A DNA stretch of 60,111 nt, the filler included. It is 6 parts of 6 records of this genome, joined end to end, with 100 filler letters (N's around TTAATTAATTAA, not from the genome) between each part and the next. Parts side by side here need not be neighbours in the genome. Positions count along the whole stretch, not along the records: positions 7,632 to 29,013 come from DRR723986_5450; 5 more parts are not named here. One strand, 5' to 3'. Positions 10,070-23,227 of the stretch are shown here, in pieces; within the stretch, counting starts at the first letter, position 1, and each line of letters starts with the position of its first letter. The translations under genes and the position numbers were made by a program. Below the pieces are notes generated by a model. That model was not told the origin of the DNA. It did not search any database and worked only from the letters and a program-made list of their open reading frames with translations.

Positions 10070-10230
10070 TTTTTGGAAACACAGCAAACCATTGATTCAA
10101 TTGCATAAATTATTTTGCAGTGCAATATGAAGCCAGGTTCTTTTACTGGAAGTGTTTGTTCCACAAGGCCTTCCGCACCTTGTGGTGTGCGGTAAAATTG
10201 AAGTATTCATCAGTTCATTGAGAGGTATTT

Positions 10231-11091
10231 ATGAACGCGCCAAAACCAGTTTCTGTACAACAGCCGCGCATCGTGGAACACATTGTGGTGGGCCAACCGA
10301 CCAGCGATGGCGCTGGCGTAAAACTGACCCGTGTCATTACGCAAAACCTGCAGCGCAGGCTAGACCCCTTTCTGATGCTGGACAACTTTGGCAGCGACAA
10401 CCCCAACGATTACATTGCGGGCTTTCCGAACCACCCGCACCGTGGGTTTGAAACCATCACTTACATGATTGCCGGGCGCATGTTGCATGAGGACAGCAGG
10501 GGCAACAAAGGCTTGCTGGAAAACGGCGGTGTGCAGTGGATGACGGCCGGGCGCGGTGTGTTTCACAGTGAAATTCCGCAACAGGAAGAAGGCGTGATGG
10601 AGGGCTTTCAGCTGTGGTTGAACCTGCCCGCGAAAGACAAAATGTGCACGCCTTGGTATCGCGATTTCAAGAACATCGACCTGCCCCAGTTTAAAACCGC
10701 CGATGGTGTTGCGGTCACCGTGATTGCAGGCAACAGCCATGGCGTGGAAGGTGCGGTAAGCCGCGAGGGCACGCAGCCTTTGTACCTTGATTTGCACTTG
10801 CCTGCGGGCTCGCGTTTTGTGCAGGAACTGCCTGCGCAACACAATGCGGTGGTGTTTGTTTACCGAGGCGAAGTGACGGTGGGCGGCCAAGTGGTGGGCG
10901 ACAAACGCATGGCGATTTTGAAGAACGAAGGCGATGGCGTGGTGATTGAAGCCAGCGCTGATGCCAAGGCCCTGCTGATTGCAGGCAAGCCACTGAATGA
11001 GCCGATTGCGCAATATGGCCCGTTTGTGATGAACACTGAACAGGAAATTCGGCGGGCCTTGCAAGATTTTAGAGAAGGTACGCTGGCGTAA
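10231..11091 (+). CDS. pirin family protein
   Basis: LDPFLMLD, GFPNHPHRGFETIT, QWMTAGRGVFHSE, FQLWLNLP, YGPFVMNT. Confidence 0.95.
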   Translation: MNAPKPVSVQQPRIVEHIVVGQPTSDGAGVKLTRVITQNLQRRLDPFLMLDNFGSDNPNDYIAGFPNHPHRGFETITYMIAGRMLHEDSRGNKGLLENGGVQWMTAGRGVFHSEIPQQEEGVMEGFQLWLNLPAKDKMCTPWYRDFKNIDLPQFKTADGVAVTVIAGNSHGVEGAVSREGTQPLYLDLHLPAGSRFVQELPAQHNAVVFVYRGEVTVGGQVVGDKRMAILKNEGDGVVIEASADAKALLIAGKPLNEPIAQYGPFVMNTEQEIRRALQDFREGTLA

Positions 11092-11120
11092 AAAAAGCCC
11101 GGAGAGATCCGGGCTTTTTT
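11091..11120. terminator. bidirectional intrinsic terminator
   Basis: A-run/AAGCCCGGA-GAGA-TCCGGGCTT/T-run between convergent genes. Confidence 0.85.
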
Positions 11121-11140
11121 GTTTGTTGCTTGAATGGCGT

Positions 11141-12832
11141 TTACTGCTCAATCACCACTGGTTTTTTCATTTTCACCCACGCTTCTGCCTTGGGCAGATA
11201 GTTCTCCTCGATCACATTGCGTTTGATTTTCATGGTGGGTGTCAGGAAGCCATTTTCCATGGTCCACAGGTCTTTCACCACCACAATGCAACTCAACTTC
11301 TCATGCGCTTCAAGCTGACCATTCACATGGTTCAGCAACTCGGTCATTTCGCTTTCAACCCGCGCCGCCTCGGATGGGTTTTGCTCCACTTGCTTGTGTT
11401 CTTCAAGGGGCAACATGACCAAGGCAAAGGGTTGTGGAAATGAAGGGCCAGTCACGCACACGGCCTCGATCAATTCATGGCCATTCAAACGGTTTTCAAT
11501 GGGCACAGGTGCAATGTATTTGCCCTTGCTGGTCTTGAACAATTCTTTCACGCGGCCGGTAATTTTCAAGCGGCCCTGGTCGTCGATCACGCCCATGTCG
11601 CCGGTTTTCAAGAAGCCATCTTCGGTGTATGACTGCGCAGTGAGTTCGGGGTTTTTGTAATAGCCCATCATGTTGCAGGGGCTTTTCACCAGCACCTCGC
11701 CCATGTCCGAAATTTTGCATTCCACGCCGGGATAGGTGTTGCCCACATAGCCCACACGTACTTTGCCGGGCAGGCTGCAATGCGAGTAAGCAAAGTTTTC
11801 GCTCATGGCGTAGCCTTCGAGCAAATCAAGGCCCAGGTTGCGGTACCAGGACATTAGCGCAGGGGCCAAGGGTGCGGAGCCACTGAGCGCCATGCGCACT
11901 TCAGACAGGCCCAGTTTTTTCAGCAAGAACTTTTTGAACAAACCGGAAAGAATCGGAATTCGGAAAATAACTTGCTGCACACCCAGCGGAATTTTTCCGC
12001 AAATACCGTTGTAAAACTTGGTCCACAAACGCGGCACCGAGAAAAACAAGGTGGGCCGTGCGCGTTGCAAGTCTTGAATGAAGCTGTCGAGCCCGAACGA
12101 GAAGTACACATGGAAGCCATAGAACAGCGAGCCGGTTTCCAGAATGGCACGCTCGGCGGCGTGGGCCAGCGGCAGGTAGGAGATCATGCGGTCGGTATTG
12201 CTGAAGCTCATCACCTTCGAGGTACCGCGCAGTGCGCTGATCATGGCGTTGAACGAGATCATCACGCCCTTGGGTTTGCCGGTACTGCCGGATGTGTACA
12301 GCATGGTGGCCATTTCGTCTTTGCTGCGCTTCACCGGGTGTTGGGTGGGTGCGGTGGCGGCCACAATGTCGTCCCATTTCTTGGCATGGGCCAACTGGGG
12401 CGCCAACGGCAAAGTAATGGTGGGCATGCTGGTGGGAATACCCTTTTCAACCACGCGCCACAACTCGTCCATTTTGCCGATGAAGATCATTTTGGAGTCG
12501 CTGTTCTCCAGCACGTATTCAGCGGTTTCAGCATTCAGTGTGGGGTACAAGGGAATGGACACATGCCCTGCCCGCCAAATGGCGAGGTCGGCCATGATCC
12601 AGTGCGCACTGTTCTTGCCCAAAATGCCGATGTGGGTTTTCTCGGGCAGGTTCAGCGATTGCAGGTACGCGGCCATTCTGTTCACCTGGTCGGCTACTTG
12701 GCCCCAAGTGTAGTCCACCGTTTTTTCAGTTGAAAAAGGCTGGGTGAAGTAAACCTTGTTGGGTTGCGTGGCGGCCCAATGGTCAAGGCAATCCAGCAGG
12801 GTTTCGAATTTCTCGTACTGCGCTGCACTCAT
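11141..12832 (-). CDS. long-chain fatty acyl-CoA synthetase (AMP-binding)
   Basis: YTSGSTGKPKG, EGYAMSE, LKTGDMG, ITGRVKELFKTSKGKY, LTPTMKIKR. Confidence 0.92.
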   Translation of the reverse strand: MSAAQYEKFETLLDCLDHWAATQPNKVYFTQPFSTEKTVDYTWGQVADQVNRMAAYLQSLNLPEKTHIGILGKNSAHWIMADLAIWRAGHVSIPLYPTLNAETAEYVLENSDSKMIFIGKMDELWRVVEKGIPTSMPTITLPLAPQLAHAKKWDDIVAATAPTQHPVKRSKDEMATMLYTSGSTGKPKGVMISFNAMISALRGTSKVMSFSNTDRMISYLPLAHAAERAILETGSLFYGFHVYFSFGLDSFIQDLQRARPTLFFSVPRLWTKFYNGICGKIPLGVQQVIFRIPILSGLFKKFLLKKLGLSEVRMALSGSAPLAPALMSWYRNLGLDLLEGYAMSENFAYSHCSLPGKVRVGYVGNTYPGVECKISDMGEVLVKSPCNMMGYYKNPELTAQSYTEDGFLKTGDMGVIDDQGRLKITGRVKELFKTSKGKYIAPVPIENRLNGHELIEAVCVTGPSFPQPFALVMLPLEEHKQVEQNPSEAARVESEMTELLNHVNGQLEAHEKLSCIVVVKDLWTMENGFLTPTMKIKRNVIEENYLPKAEAWVKMKKPVVIEQ

Positions 12833-13018
12833 CTGTTTGTCTCCCGAATTGTTTCTGTTCTAACTACTGCTTTTATAAGTTGATACAAGAATATCAGCCC
12901 GCTGGCTGCTCTATTAAAAATTCACACCCCGATTTGTCAACCTGTGCAGCCGTACAAGAGTTATTGCATGACATTGCCACCATAACTTCACACAGCCTAT
13001 TTTCATCTGGAGTTCTCA

Positions 13019-13291
13019 ATGAAAACGCTTGTTTCAATGATCGCCCTGTGCACCACGCTCGCATTTTCCCAATTGGCTGAGGCCGGGGACAAACAGCGAG
13101 AACCCCGCATCGACATCAACATCCTGATTCCATCGGCCTATGCAACCTTCGGATACGATGATTACTACGATCCTCGAGGCAGAGACGACTACCGCTATGG
13201 CAAGCGCTTTCGTGACCGTGATGACGATGATGACGACGACGATTGGGACGACCGCTACGATGATGATGATGACGACGACGATGACGATTAA
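13019..13291 (+). CDS. small secreted protein with a poly-Asp C-terminus
   Basis: GGAG RBS; signal peptide MKTLVSMIALCTTLAFSQLAEA; tail DRDDDDDDDDWDDRYDDDDDDDDDD encoded by mixed GAT/GAC codons. Confidence 0.75.
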   Translation: MKTLVSMIALCTTLAFSQLAEAGDKQREPRIDINILIPSAYATFGYDDYYDPRGRDDYRYGKRFRDRDDDDDDDDWDDRYDDDDDDDDDD

Positions 13292-13333
13292 TTTACGCCC
13301 GCGCTCAGGTACTAATCCGGCACTAATTCAGCA

Positions 13334-14629
13334 CTAATTCAAAGCCTCCTTGTTTTCCAGCAGTATTGCGGCGCCCAAGCCGCCACCTGCACAGCTGGAC
13401 ACCACCGCATAACGCCTGTTTTCCACTTGCAGCCTTCGGGCTGCCGTGGTGAGCAGGCGAATGCCTGTGGCCGCAAACGGATTGCCCAAGGAAAGCGACC
13501 CACCCCAGGTGTTCAGCTTTTCAACAGGCAGTTCGCCGGGGACCACACCACCGTAATACTCGTCCGCAAATTCACTGCGGGCCATGCATGCAATATTCAC
13601 AAGCACTTGGGCCGCAAAAGCTTCATGAAGTTCCCACACATCGATGTCATTCATGCTCAACTTGTTTCGGGCCAACAAGGCCGGAATGGACACCGCTGGC
13701 CCCAGCAACATTTCTTCTTCAAGGCTTTTCACTGCGGCCAATTGATAATCGACCACTTCGGCCAAGGGCTGCAAGCCCATGTCGTGCGCGGCTTTTTCAC
13801 TGGTGACCAACAAGGCGGCTGAACCATCGCTAAACCGGGAGGAACCTGCAGCGGTGATCACGCCGCTTTTGCTGAAAATGGTGCGCATGCTGCTTAGCCT
13901 CTGGATATTACTGTCTGCGCGCGGTGTGTTGTCCAATGTAATGGGGTGTTTAAAACCAGGTACCTGCACAGGAATGATGGTGCCGTCGAAATGGCCTTTG
14001 TTCAGTGCCTCAATGGCCAACTGGTGGCTGCGCACAGTGAAGGCATCACAATCCTCGCGGCTGACTTTGAACTTGCGCACCATTTGTTCGGCGCACACAC
14101 CCATGGTTTTGCGGGTGGTGAAGTCGGTGCCAGTGGGCATTTCGGGTTTCAAGTCGGCTGGACGAAGGCTGGCCAGGTTTTTCAGTATGTTTTTGGCAGA
14201 GGAATCTTGCCGCACCTTCATGGCTGCACGCCGAATTTTTTGCGAATAGCGAATGGGAATGTCCGAAAAACTTTCCACGCCTGCTGCAATGCCCACCTCG
14301 ATTCGGCCCAGGGCAATCATGTCGCACAAATTGGCAAAGCCCACACTGGCCGACAAACCAGCCATGGAGGTGGTGTAAGCGGGAATGGTGGCTGGCAGGC
14401 CAGCGCTCAACATGCTTTCACGCGCCACGTTGGAAGTTTCAATTTCATGCAATACCGTGCCCATGGTCACCATGTTCACGCGGTTTGCATCCAGGCCGGT
14501 TTTACTCACCAAACCCGCAATGGCTTTGCCGCCCAGCTCATAGGTCATGAGCTGGGAATAGGCACCACCCGAATCAAGAAACGGAGTGCGCACACCATCC
14601 ACAATCACTGCTTTGCGAATTGACTTCAT
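13334..14629 (-). CDS. acetyl-CoA C-acyltransferase (thiolase, FadI/HADHB-like)
   Basis: DGVRTPF, NVARE, ELHEAFAAQ, GGSLSLGNPFAATG, SCAGGGLG. Confidence 0.88.
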   Translation of the reverse strand: MKSIRKAVIVDGVRTPFLDSGGAYSQLMTYELGGKAIAGLVSKTGLDANRVNMVTMGTVLHEIETSNVARESMLSAGLPATIPAYTTSMAGLSASVGFANLCDMIALGRIEVGIAAGVESFSDIPIRYSQKIRRAAMKVRQDSSAKNILKNLASLRPADLKPEMPTGTDFTTRKTMGVCAEQMVRKFKVSREDCDAFTVRSHQLAIEALNKGHFDGTIIPVQVPGFKHPITLDNTPRADSNIQRLSSMRTIFSKSGVITAAGSSRFSDGSAALLVTSEKAAHDMGLQPLAEVVDYQLAAVKSLEEEMLLGPAVSIPALLARNKLSMNDIDVWELHEAFAAQVLVNIACMARSEFADEYYGGVVPGELPVEKLNTWGGSLSLGNPFAATGIRLLTTAARRLQVENRRYAVVSSCAGGGLGAAILLENKEALN

Positions 14630-15507
14630 TTGAAGCGCCCCACCATGTGCAAGGTGCCATCTGCTGCAGCCAGTCGAAGTTGGGTGTAGCCTTCAGAGTC
14701 CTTCGCTGTGCTGGTTTGCACGTGCATGCCCACATTGGGCAATGGCAGTGGTTTGATCCAGCGCACATCGAGATCGGCCACGGAGTAATCGGCGTTGTTC
14801 AACACTTCCCAGGTGCGAGCCAATTGCCCGAAGCCATGCAAAATGCAGCTTTTAAACCGCGTACGTTTGCCCACCGCCTTGATGGTGTGAATGGGATTGA
14901 AGTCGCCCGTCAACATGGCAAAGGCCAGGCCGTCTTCTTCCTCGGCATCCCAGTTTCCTGCGGTGTTGAATTCATGTTCTTCACGCTTGGCGGGTTTGCT
15001 TTTGCCAGCAGGTTTTGCCCGGGGCACGGTTGAGTAACTGTCGATGACCATGGCCAGTTCACCCTTGGGGTTACTGGCCTGCACGCGGGTGTGAATGCGC
15101 ACTTTGTCACCATCGTCGCTCACATCCATCAAGCTGCCGCGCAAGGCGATGGCCTCATCGCGGTTCAGTGGCTTGTGAATTTGCATGCGCAAGCCCTGGT
15201 TGAGCAGCGACAACAAATTGTACGGCGCAAGGCTGCCCAGCTTGGCCAGCATGGGCATGGCCCAGTGGCTGCAAAAGTGCGCAGGCATTTCGGTGCGGTA
15301 GCGATTGGCCGGTGCGCCTGTCCAGGCCACATATTGGTCCAACAGCTCGTTGTTCAAGGCAGGCACATGCATGCTGTGGTGCACGGGCAATTCCGGCAAA
15401 GTACCGGGCCGGGTAATGGGCGTGGCATTGCGAATGGCCGCCCAACCCATGGATCGAATGTTGGGCCAGTGCAAGGCCAGGTATTTCAATGGATAGTCTG
15501 CCAACAT
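14626..15507 (-). CDS. MaoC/PhaJ-like (R)-specific enoyl-CoA hydratase, double hot-dog
   Basis: Hydratase-2 motif FAMLTGDFNPIH...ILHG; ATGA overlap with the thiolase gene. Confidence 0.85.
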   Translation of the reverse strand: MLADYPLKYLALHWPNIRSMGWAAIRNATPITRPGTLPELPVHHSMHVPALNNELLDQYVAWTGAPANRYRTEMPAHFCSHWAMPMLAKLGSLAPYNLLSLLNQGLRMQIHKPLNRDEAIALRGSLMDVSDDGDKVRIHTRVQASNPKGELAMVIDSYSTVPRAKPAGKSKPAKREEHEFNTAGNWDAEEEDGLAFAMLTGDFNPIHTIKAVGKRTRFKSCILHGFGQLARTWEVLNNADYSVADLDVRWIKPLPLPNVGMHVQTSTAKDSEGYTQLRLAAADGTLHMVGRFK

Positions 15508-15531
15508 GGTGTGTTTAGTCCTTTTTCCTTT

Positions 15532-16674
15532 TTACAAGCCCAACTGCTTGCCGATAATTTCATTCATGATTTCGTAGGTGCCACCGCCAATGGATGCAAT
15601 TCGATTGTCGCGGTACAAACGCTCCACCAAACTTTCACGCATATAGCCCATGCCACCAAAAATTTGCACGGCTTCATAGGTAATGAAATCCGATGTTTTA
15701 GTGGCGAAGTTCTTGGCCATGGACACTTCTTTCAAGGCGGGCTTGCCGGCCTGCATGCGAGCAGCCACGCGGTAAGTGAACTCACGGCTGGCTTCCAGTT
15801 GGGTTGCCATGTCGGCCAGTTTGTGGCGAATCACCTGGTGCTTGCTCAAGGGTTTGCCAAAAGTGCTGCGGTTTTTGGCGTAGTTCAAGGCCTCGTTGAA
15901 TGCCAGTTCCGACAAGGTGTTGGCGTAACAGGCCAGGCCCAAGCGCTCACTTTCGAAGTTGGTCATGATCATCATGAAGCCACCGTTTTCAATGCCAATC
16001 AAATTGGATTTGGGCACCACCACATTGTCGAAAAACAGCTCGGCCGTGTCGCTGCACCACCAGCCCATTTTTTTCAATGGCTGGCCCGTGGTAAATCCGG
16101 GCGTGCCTTTCTCGATCAACAACATGCTGATGCCGCCATAACCATCGCCGCCTGTGCGCACGGCCACGGTGTAATAGTCGGCGCGAATACCCGAGGTAAT
16201 GTAGGTTTTGGAACCTGACACTTTGTAGTGGTCGCCACAATCCACGGCACGGGTTTTCAGGTTGGCTACATCGGACCCACCGCCAGGTTCAGTCACTGCC
16301 AGGGCGATGATTTTCTCGCCACTCAACACTTCAGGCACAATGCGCGCTTTCATCTCGGGGCTGGCCCACTTGGCGATTGGTGGCAAGGCAATGCCATGCG
16401 ACATCAGGCTGGAGAAAAAACCTCCGGAGCCTGCACGCAGCAGTTCTTCGGTGGCGACCAGGCTCATGAAGTAATCCCCTTCAGAATTGCCGCCAAATTC
16501 CTCGGGGTAGCCGATACCCAAAATGCCTGCCTCGCCGGCCAGTTTGTAAATTTCGCGCGGAAAGGTGCCCGCCTCTTCCCACTCGTTGATGTGGGGCGTG
16601 ACATGACGTTCAACAAAGCGGCGAATATTGCGGCGCGCTTCCTCATGGGTTTCATTGAAATAGGTGGTGAACAT
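15532..16674 (-). CDS. acyl-CoA dehydrogenase
   Basis: AVTEPGGGSD, GSKTYITSG, RSTFGKPL, QIFGGMGY, IGGGTYEIM. Confidence 0.95.
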   Translation of the reverse strand: MFTTYFNETHEEARRNIRRFVERHVTPHINEWEEAGTFPREIYKLAGEAGILGIGYPEEFGGNSEGDYFMSLVATEELLRAGSGGFFSSLMSHGIALPPIAKWASPEMKARIVPEVLSGEKIIALAVTEPGGGSDVANLKTRAVDCGDHYKVSGSKTYITSGIRADYYTVAVRTGGDGYGGISMLLIEKGTPGFTTGQPLKKMGWWCSDTAELFFDNVVVPKSNLIGIENGGFMMIMTNFESERLGLACYANTLSELAFNEALNYAKNRSTFGKPLSKHQVIRHKLADMATQLEASREFTYRVAARMQAGKPALKEVSMAKNFATKTSDFITYEAVQIFGGMGYMRESLVERLYRDNRIASIGGGTYEIMNEIIGKQLGL

Positions 16675-16683
16675 AGGTGCGCC

Positions 16684-17682
16684 TTAAACAGGGGATGAGA
16701 GTTGTCGAATGCGGGTTTGAAAGACAGGTGGGCGACGAACCTCGCCCTGCCCCAGCCAGGCTGCGGCCGCCGCAAATGCGGCACGCCCTTCCGGCATGGT
16801 GGGAGAAAACAAAATGAAATCGTGAAAAACCCCTGACCACACATCGACATGGCACACGGTGCCCAACTGCTGTGCCTGTTTGACCAAGCGCAAACTGTCG
16901 ATCATGAACACCTCATTGGCCGAGCACTGCACATACACCGGCGGCAAAGCAGACAGGTCGCCCAGCAGTGGCGAGATCAACGGGTTTTCGGGATTGTGAT
17001 GGTTGGCATACGGTGTGGCAAACATGCGCTTGAGCCAGTCGCGGGCTTGCGCCTCATTGCGCCCCAGGAAGGCATCAACCACTTCAGGGCGAATATCGTT
17101 TTCACTCAGCGAAGGATCAAGCCAGGGCGAACTCAAATACACGCGGGAAGGCAAGCGCTGATCGCTGGCGTTCATGGCGTGGCACAGCGCAAGACTCAAA
17201 TTGCCGCCTGCGGAATCACCGGCGAGCAACAGTTCGTTTTGCCCGTGTTCAAGCAACAGGGCTTTCCACACGGCAATCACATCGTTCAAACCGGCCGGGA
17301 ATGGTGCCTTGCCCATCAAGGTGTAATCGGGCACCCAAGCACGGGCAATGCCCGATTTCTTGCACAGGCGGGCAACAAAAGCCCGGTAGTTGGCGGCGCT
17401 ACCAAATGCAAAACCACCGCCATGCAAAAACAGCAGGGTTTGCTGTTTGTTGGCATGCACGCTGTTGTTCTCGATGATTTCCACCGGCACGCCATCCACG
17501 ATTCGCTTTTGCACATGAATACCTGCCGGCATCCGGGACGCTTTCTGCAACAGGTTGGTGACGCGCTCGCCCACACGCCACACCTTTTCAGGATTGCGGG
17601 CAGCCAGCAAGCGCCCTTGGCACAGGCGAAGAAACAAGGTGACGGATTTGGACATTGAACTCATGCAACCATCTTGTTGCAT
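16684..17682 (-). CDS. alpha/beta hydrolase, HSL-family esterase/lipase
   Basis: HGGGF oxyanion motif, GDSAGG nucleophile, C-terminal FHDF; start uncertain (about 17655-17715). Confidence 0.88.
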   Translation of the reverse strand: MQQDGCMSSMSKSVTLFLRLCQGRLLAARNPEKVWRVGERVTNLLQKASRMPAGIHVQKRIVDGVPVEIIENNSVHANKQQTLLFLHGGGFAFGSAANYRAFVARLCKKSGIARAWVPDYTLMGKAPFPAGLNDVIAVWKALLLEHGQNELLLAGDSAGGNLSLALCHAMNASDQRLPSRVYLSSPWLDPSLSENDIRPEVVDAFLGRNEAQARDWLKRMFATPYANHHNPENPLISPLLGDLSALPPVYVQCSANEVFMIDSLRLVKQAQQLGTVCHVDVWSGVFHDFILFSPTMPEGRAAFAAAAAWLGQGEVRRPPVFQTRIRQLSSPV

Positions 17683-17742
17683 GTGCTCTGTTTGGCCTAG
17701 GGCAAAGCCGGACACAATGGGGGTAAATAGCGACAGGTTGTC

Positions 17743-20828
<3,086 letters not shown>

Positions 20829-20898
20829 TCAATAAAACATTACAAAGTTATTCAAATATTACGTCAATTAGAAACAAATTAAGGGGTGGCATGCACTT

Positions 20899-21933
20899 TC
20901 ACGCGGCATGTGCCTGCCGGTATTCCTTGGGGGTTTGGCCGCACCAACGTTTGAATGTCCGGCTGAAGTTGGATGCATCCTCGTAGCCCAACGCATAAGC
21001 GATGTCTTCAACCGTGGTATCGGTGTTGGCCAGCAACCAGCAGGCGCGTTCTTGCCGAACTTCATCCAGCAATTGCTGAAAGCTGGTGCCCTCGGACTGC
21101 AGGTGGCGCATGAAGGTGCGTTCGGTCAGGTTTTGCCTGGAAGCCATGCTTTGCAAGGTGGGCATTTGCCCCTCGGTTTGCTGCAACAGCATGCGCACGC
21201 GCTGGGCCAGGGTGCCGCCGGCTTGAAGACGCTGCAACTGCAAATCACAATCGCGAAGCAAGCGCTGCAAGGCTTCATCATCGGCAGCCAGGCTGGGGCT
21301 GTTCACCAGAGTGCTGCCCAACACCACACGCAACTGCGCATGCCCAAAGCTGTTGTGTTGCGCAATTCGCTGATATTCATGGACCCAGGGCGGGGCTTCA
21401 AACGGCCACTCGATTCGAAGTTGCGGTGGCAGTTCTTGCCCGGTCATCGCTGTGAGCAACTGCACCAAACCACCGAGCAACTGGCAATGCAGGTACTCGC
21501 GAACCGGGCCTAGATCAACCCATTCTTCAAGCACTGCGGCAAACTCGGGTTCATGTTCAAACTTCAAATTGGCGAGGTTTTGGCGCAAGCCCGCATAGCG
21601 CTGCAGCAGTAACATGGCACTCGGTAAATTCTTGCTGGCAATCATGGCTGCACCGAGCGTGCCGTGGGCCGATGCAGGTGTTCTCAAACCCACCTCCAAA
21701 CCCAGCCATGGGCATTGGCTAAGCTGCACGCCACGCTCAATCAACTGGCGCATTTGGTCAAAACTCATGAACTGGTTGCTTTCGTGAAGCTGCTGCCAGT
21801 TCAGCGGCAAACCGGCCAGAATTTCTTCGGGCAAATGACCGCGACGCTGCAACTCGGCGCACAGCAAACGCGCGTACACCGGGTGCAATGCAGGCTTTAA
21901 GGCTGCGACTGATTCATGCAGAGATTGGATCAA
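20899..21933 (-). CDS. AraC-family regulator divergent from alkB
   Basis: AHGTLGAAM; LGYEDASNFSRTFKRWCGQTP. Confidence 0.9.
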   Translation of the reverse strand: MIQSLHESVAALKPALHPVYARLLCAELQRRGHLPEEILAGLPLNWQQLHESNQFMSFDQMRQLIERGVQLSQCPWLGLEVGLRTPASAHGTLGAAMIASKNLPSAMLLLQRYAGLRQNLANLKFEHEPEFAAVLEEWVDLGPVREYLHCQLLGGLVQLLTAMTGQELPPQLRIEWPFEAPPWVHEYQRIAQHNSFGHAQLRVVLGSTLVNSPSLAADDEALQRLLRDCDLQLQRLQAGGTLAQRVRMLLQQTEGQMPTLQSMASRQNLTERTFMRHLQSEGTSFQQLLDEVRQERACWLLANTDTTVEDIAYALGYEDASNFSRTFKRWCGQTPKEYRQAHAA

Positions 21934-22066
21934 GTGTGTTGTCTCGTGGTGTTTGTTGTTGTTTTGTTTTTGTCACTTTATGACGATCTTATGCCACCCT
22001 GCGCGGTGTTGTCCATCGCCTTGCAGGCCTAAGATGAAACCATCCTGAACAACCCGGTGCACAACA

Positions 22067-23227
22067 ATGACTTCCAATACCATGCACGCAACCCAATACA
22101 AAGATCCCAAGAAATACATGTGGCTGTTGTCGGTGATCGCGCCCTTTGCCGCGCCGCTCGGCCCAATCATGTACCTGTACACCGGCCACACGCAGTGGCT
22201 GTGGGTGTTCCTGGCGTTTTTCTATCTGGGTTTGCCCGTACTCGATTATGTGTTTGGCGAAGACAAACAAAACCCGCCTGAACAGGCGGTGCCCGAACTG
22301 GAGAACACCAAGTACTACCGCGTGATCACCTACCTGCTGGTGCCCATTATTACCTTCGGTTTTCTGTTCAACGTGGTTTTTCTCGCCACGCACGATTTGC
22401 ACTGGCTGCACTGGTTGGCCGTGGCCATTACCACGGGTTCATTGCTGGGCTTTGGCTTGAACCTGGGTCATGAAATGGGCCACAAAAAGCGCAAGCTGGA
22501 CAAAGCACTGGCGCTGTTCACCCTCTCGCTGGGTGGCTATGGTCACTTCTCAATTGAACACAACCGTGGTCACCACCGCGACGTTGCCACACCTGAAGAC
22601 CCGGCCACCTCACGCATGGGTGAACACATTTACGAATTCATGTTGCGTGAAATTCCCGGGGCATTCAAACGCGCCTGGAGGCTCGAAAGTGAACGCCTGG
22701 AACGCGCAGGCAAAAGCCGCTGGAATGCAGGCAATGAAATGCTGCAAGCCGGTGCCATGACCTTGGTGTTGTACACCGCACTGATCGCCCTGTTTGGCTG
22801 GCCCATGGTGCCTGTGTTGGCCGTGGTGGCTTTTTGGGGTGCATTTCAGTTGACCAGTGCCAACTACATTGAGCACTACGGCCTGATGCGCCAAAAACTG
22901 CCCAATGGTGAATATGAACGTTGCGCCCCACACCACTCCTGGAACAGCAATCATTTGGTGTCCAACCTCGTGGTGTTTCAATTGCAACGCCATTCAGATC
23001 ACCACGCCAACCCGGCGCGCAGTTACCAGTCGCTGCGTGATTTTCCGGAGCTGCCCAGCTTGCCATCGGGGTACTTCGGCATGTTCCTGATTGCCTATGT
23101 ACCACCCCTGTGGTTTGCCATCATGAACCCAAGGTTGCTGGAAGTAGCAGGCAAGAATGCGCAGAAAATCAACATTCACCCGCGCAAGCGTGCACGAGTG
23201 ATTCAGCGTTATTCGCTGGCGGCCTGA
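22067..23227 (+). CDS. alkB: alkane 1-monooxygenase
   Basis: His boxes HEMGHK, EHNRGHH, NYIEHYGL and LQRHSDHHA; multiple TM segments. Confidence 0.95.
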   Translation: MTSNTMHATQYKDPKKYMWLLSVIAPFAAPLGPIMYLYTGHTQWLWVFLAFFYLGLPVLDYVFGEDKQNPPEQAVPELENTKYYRVITYLLVPIITFGFLFNVVFLATHDLHWLHWLAVAITTGSLLGFGLNLGHEMGHKKRKLDKALALFTLSLGGYGHFSIEHNRGHHRDVATPEDPATSRMGEHIYEFMLREIPGAFKRAWRLESERLERAGKSRWNAGNEMLQAGAMTLVLYTALIALFGWPMVPVLAVVAFWGAFQLTSANYIEHYGLMRQKLPNGEYERCAPHHSWNSNHLVSNLVVFQLQRHSDHHANPARSYQSLRDFPELPSLPSGYFGMFLIAYVPPLWFAIMNPRLLEVAGKNAQKINIHPRKRARVIQRYSLAA

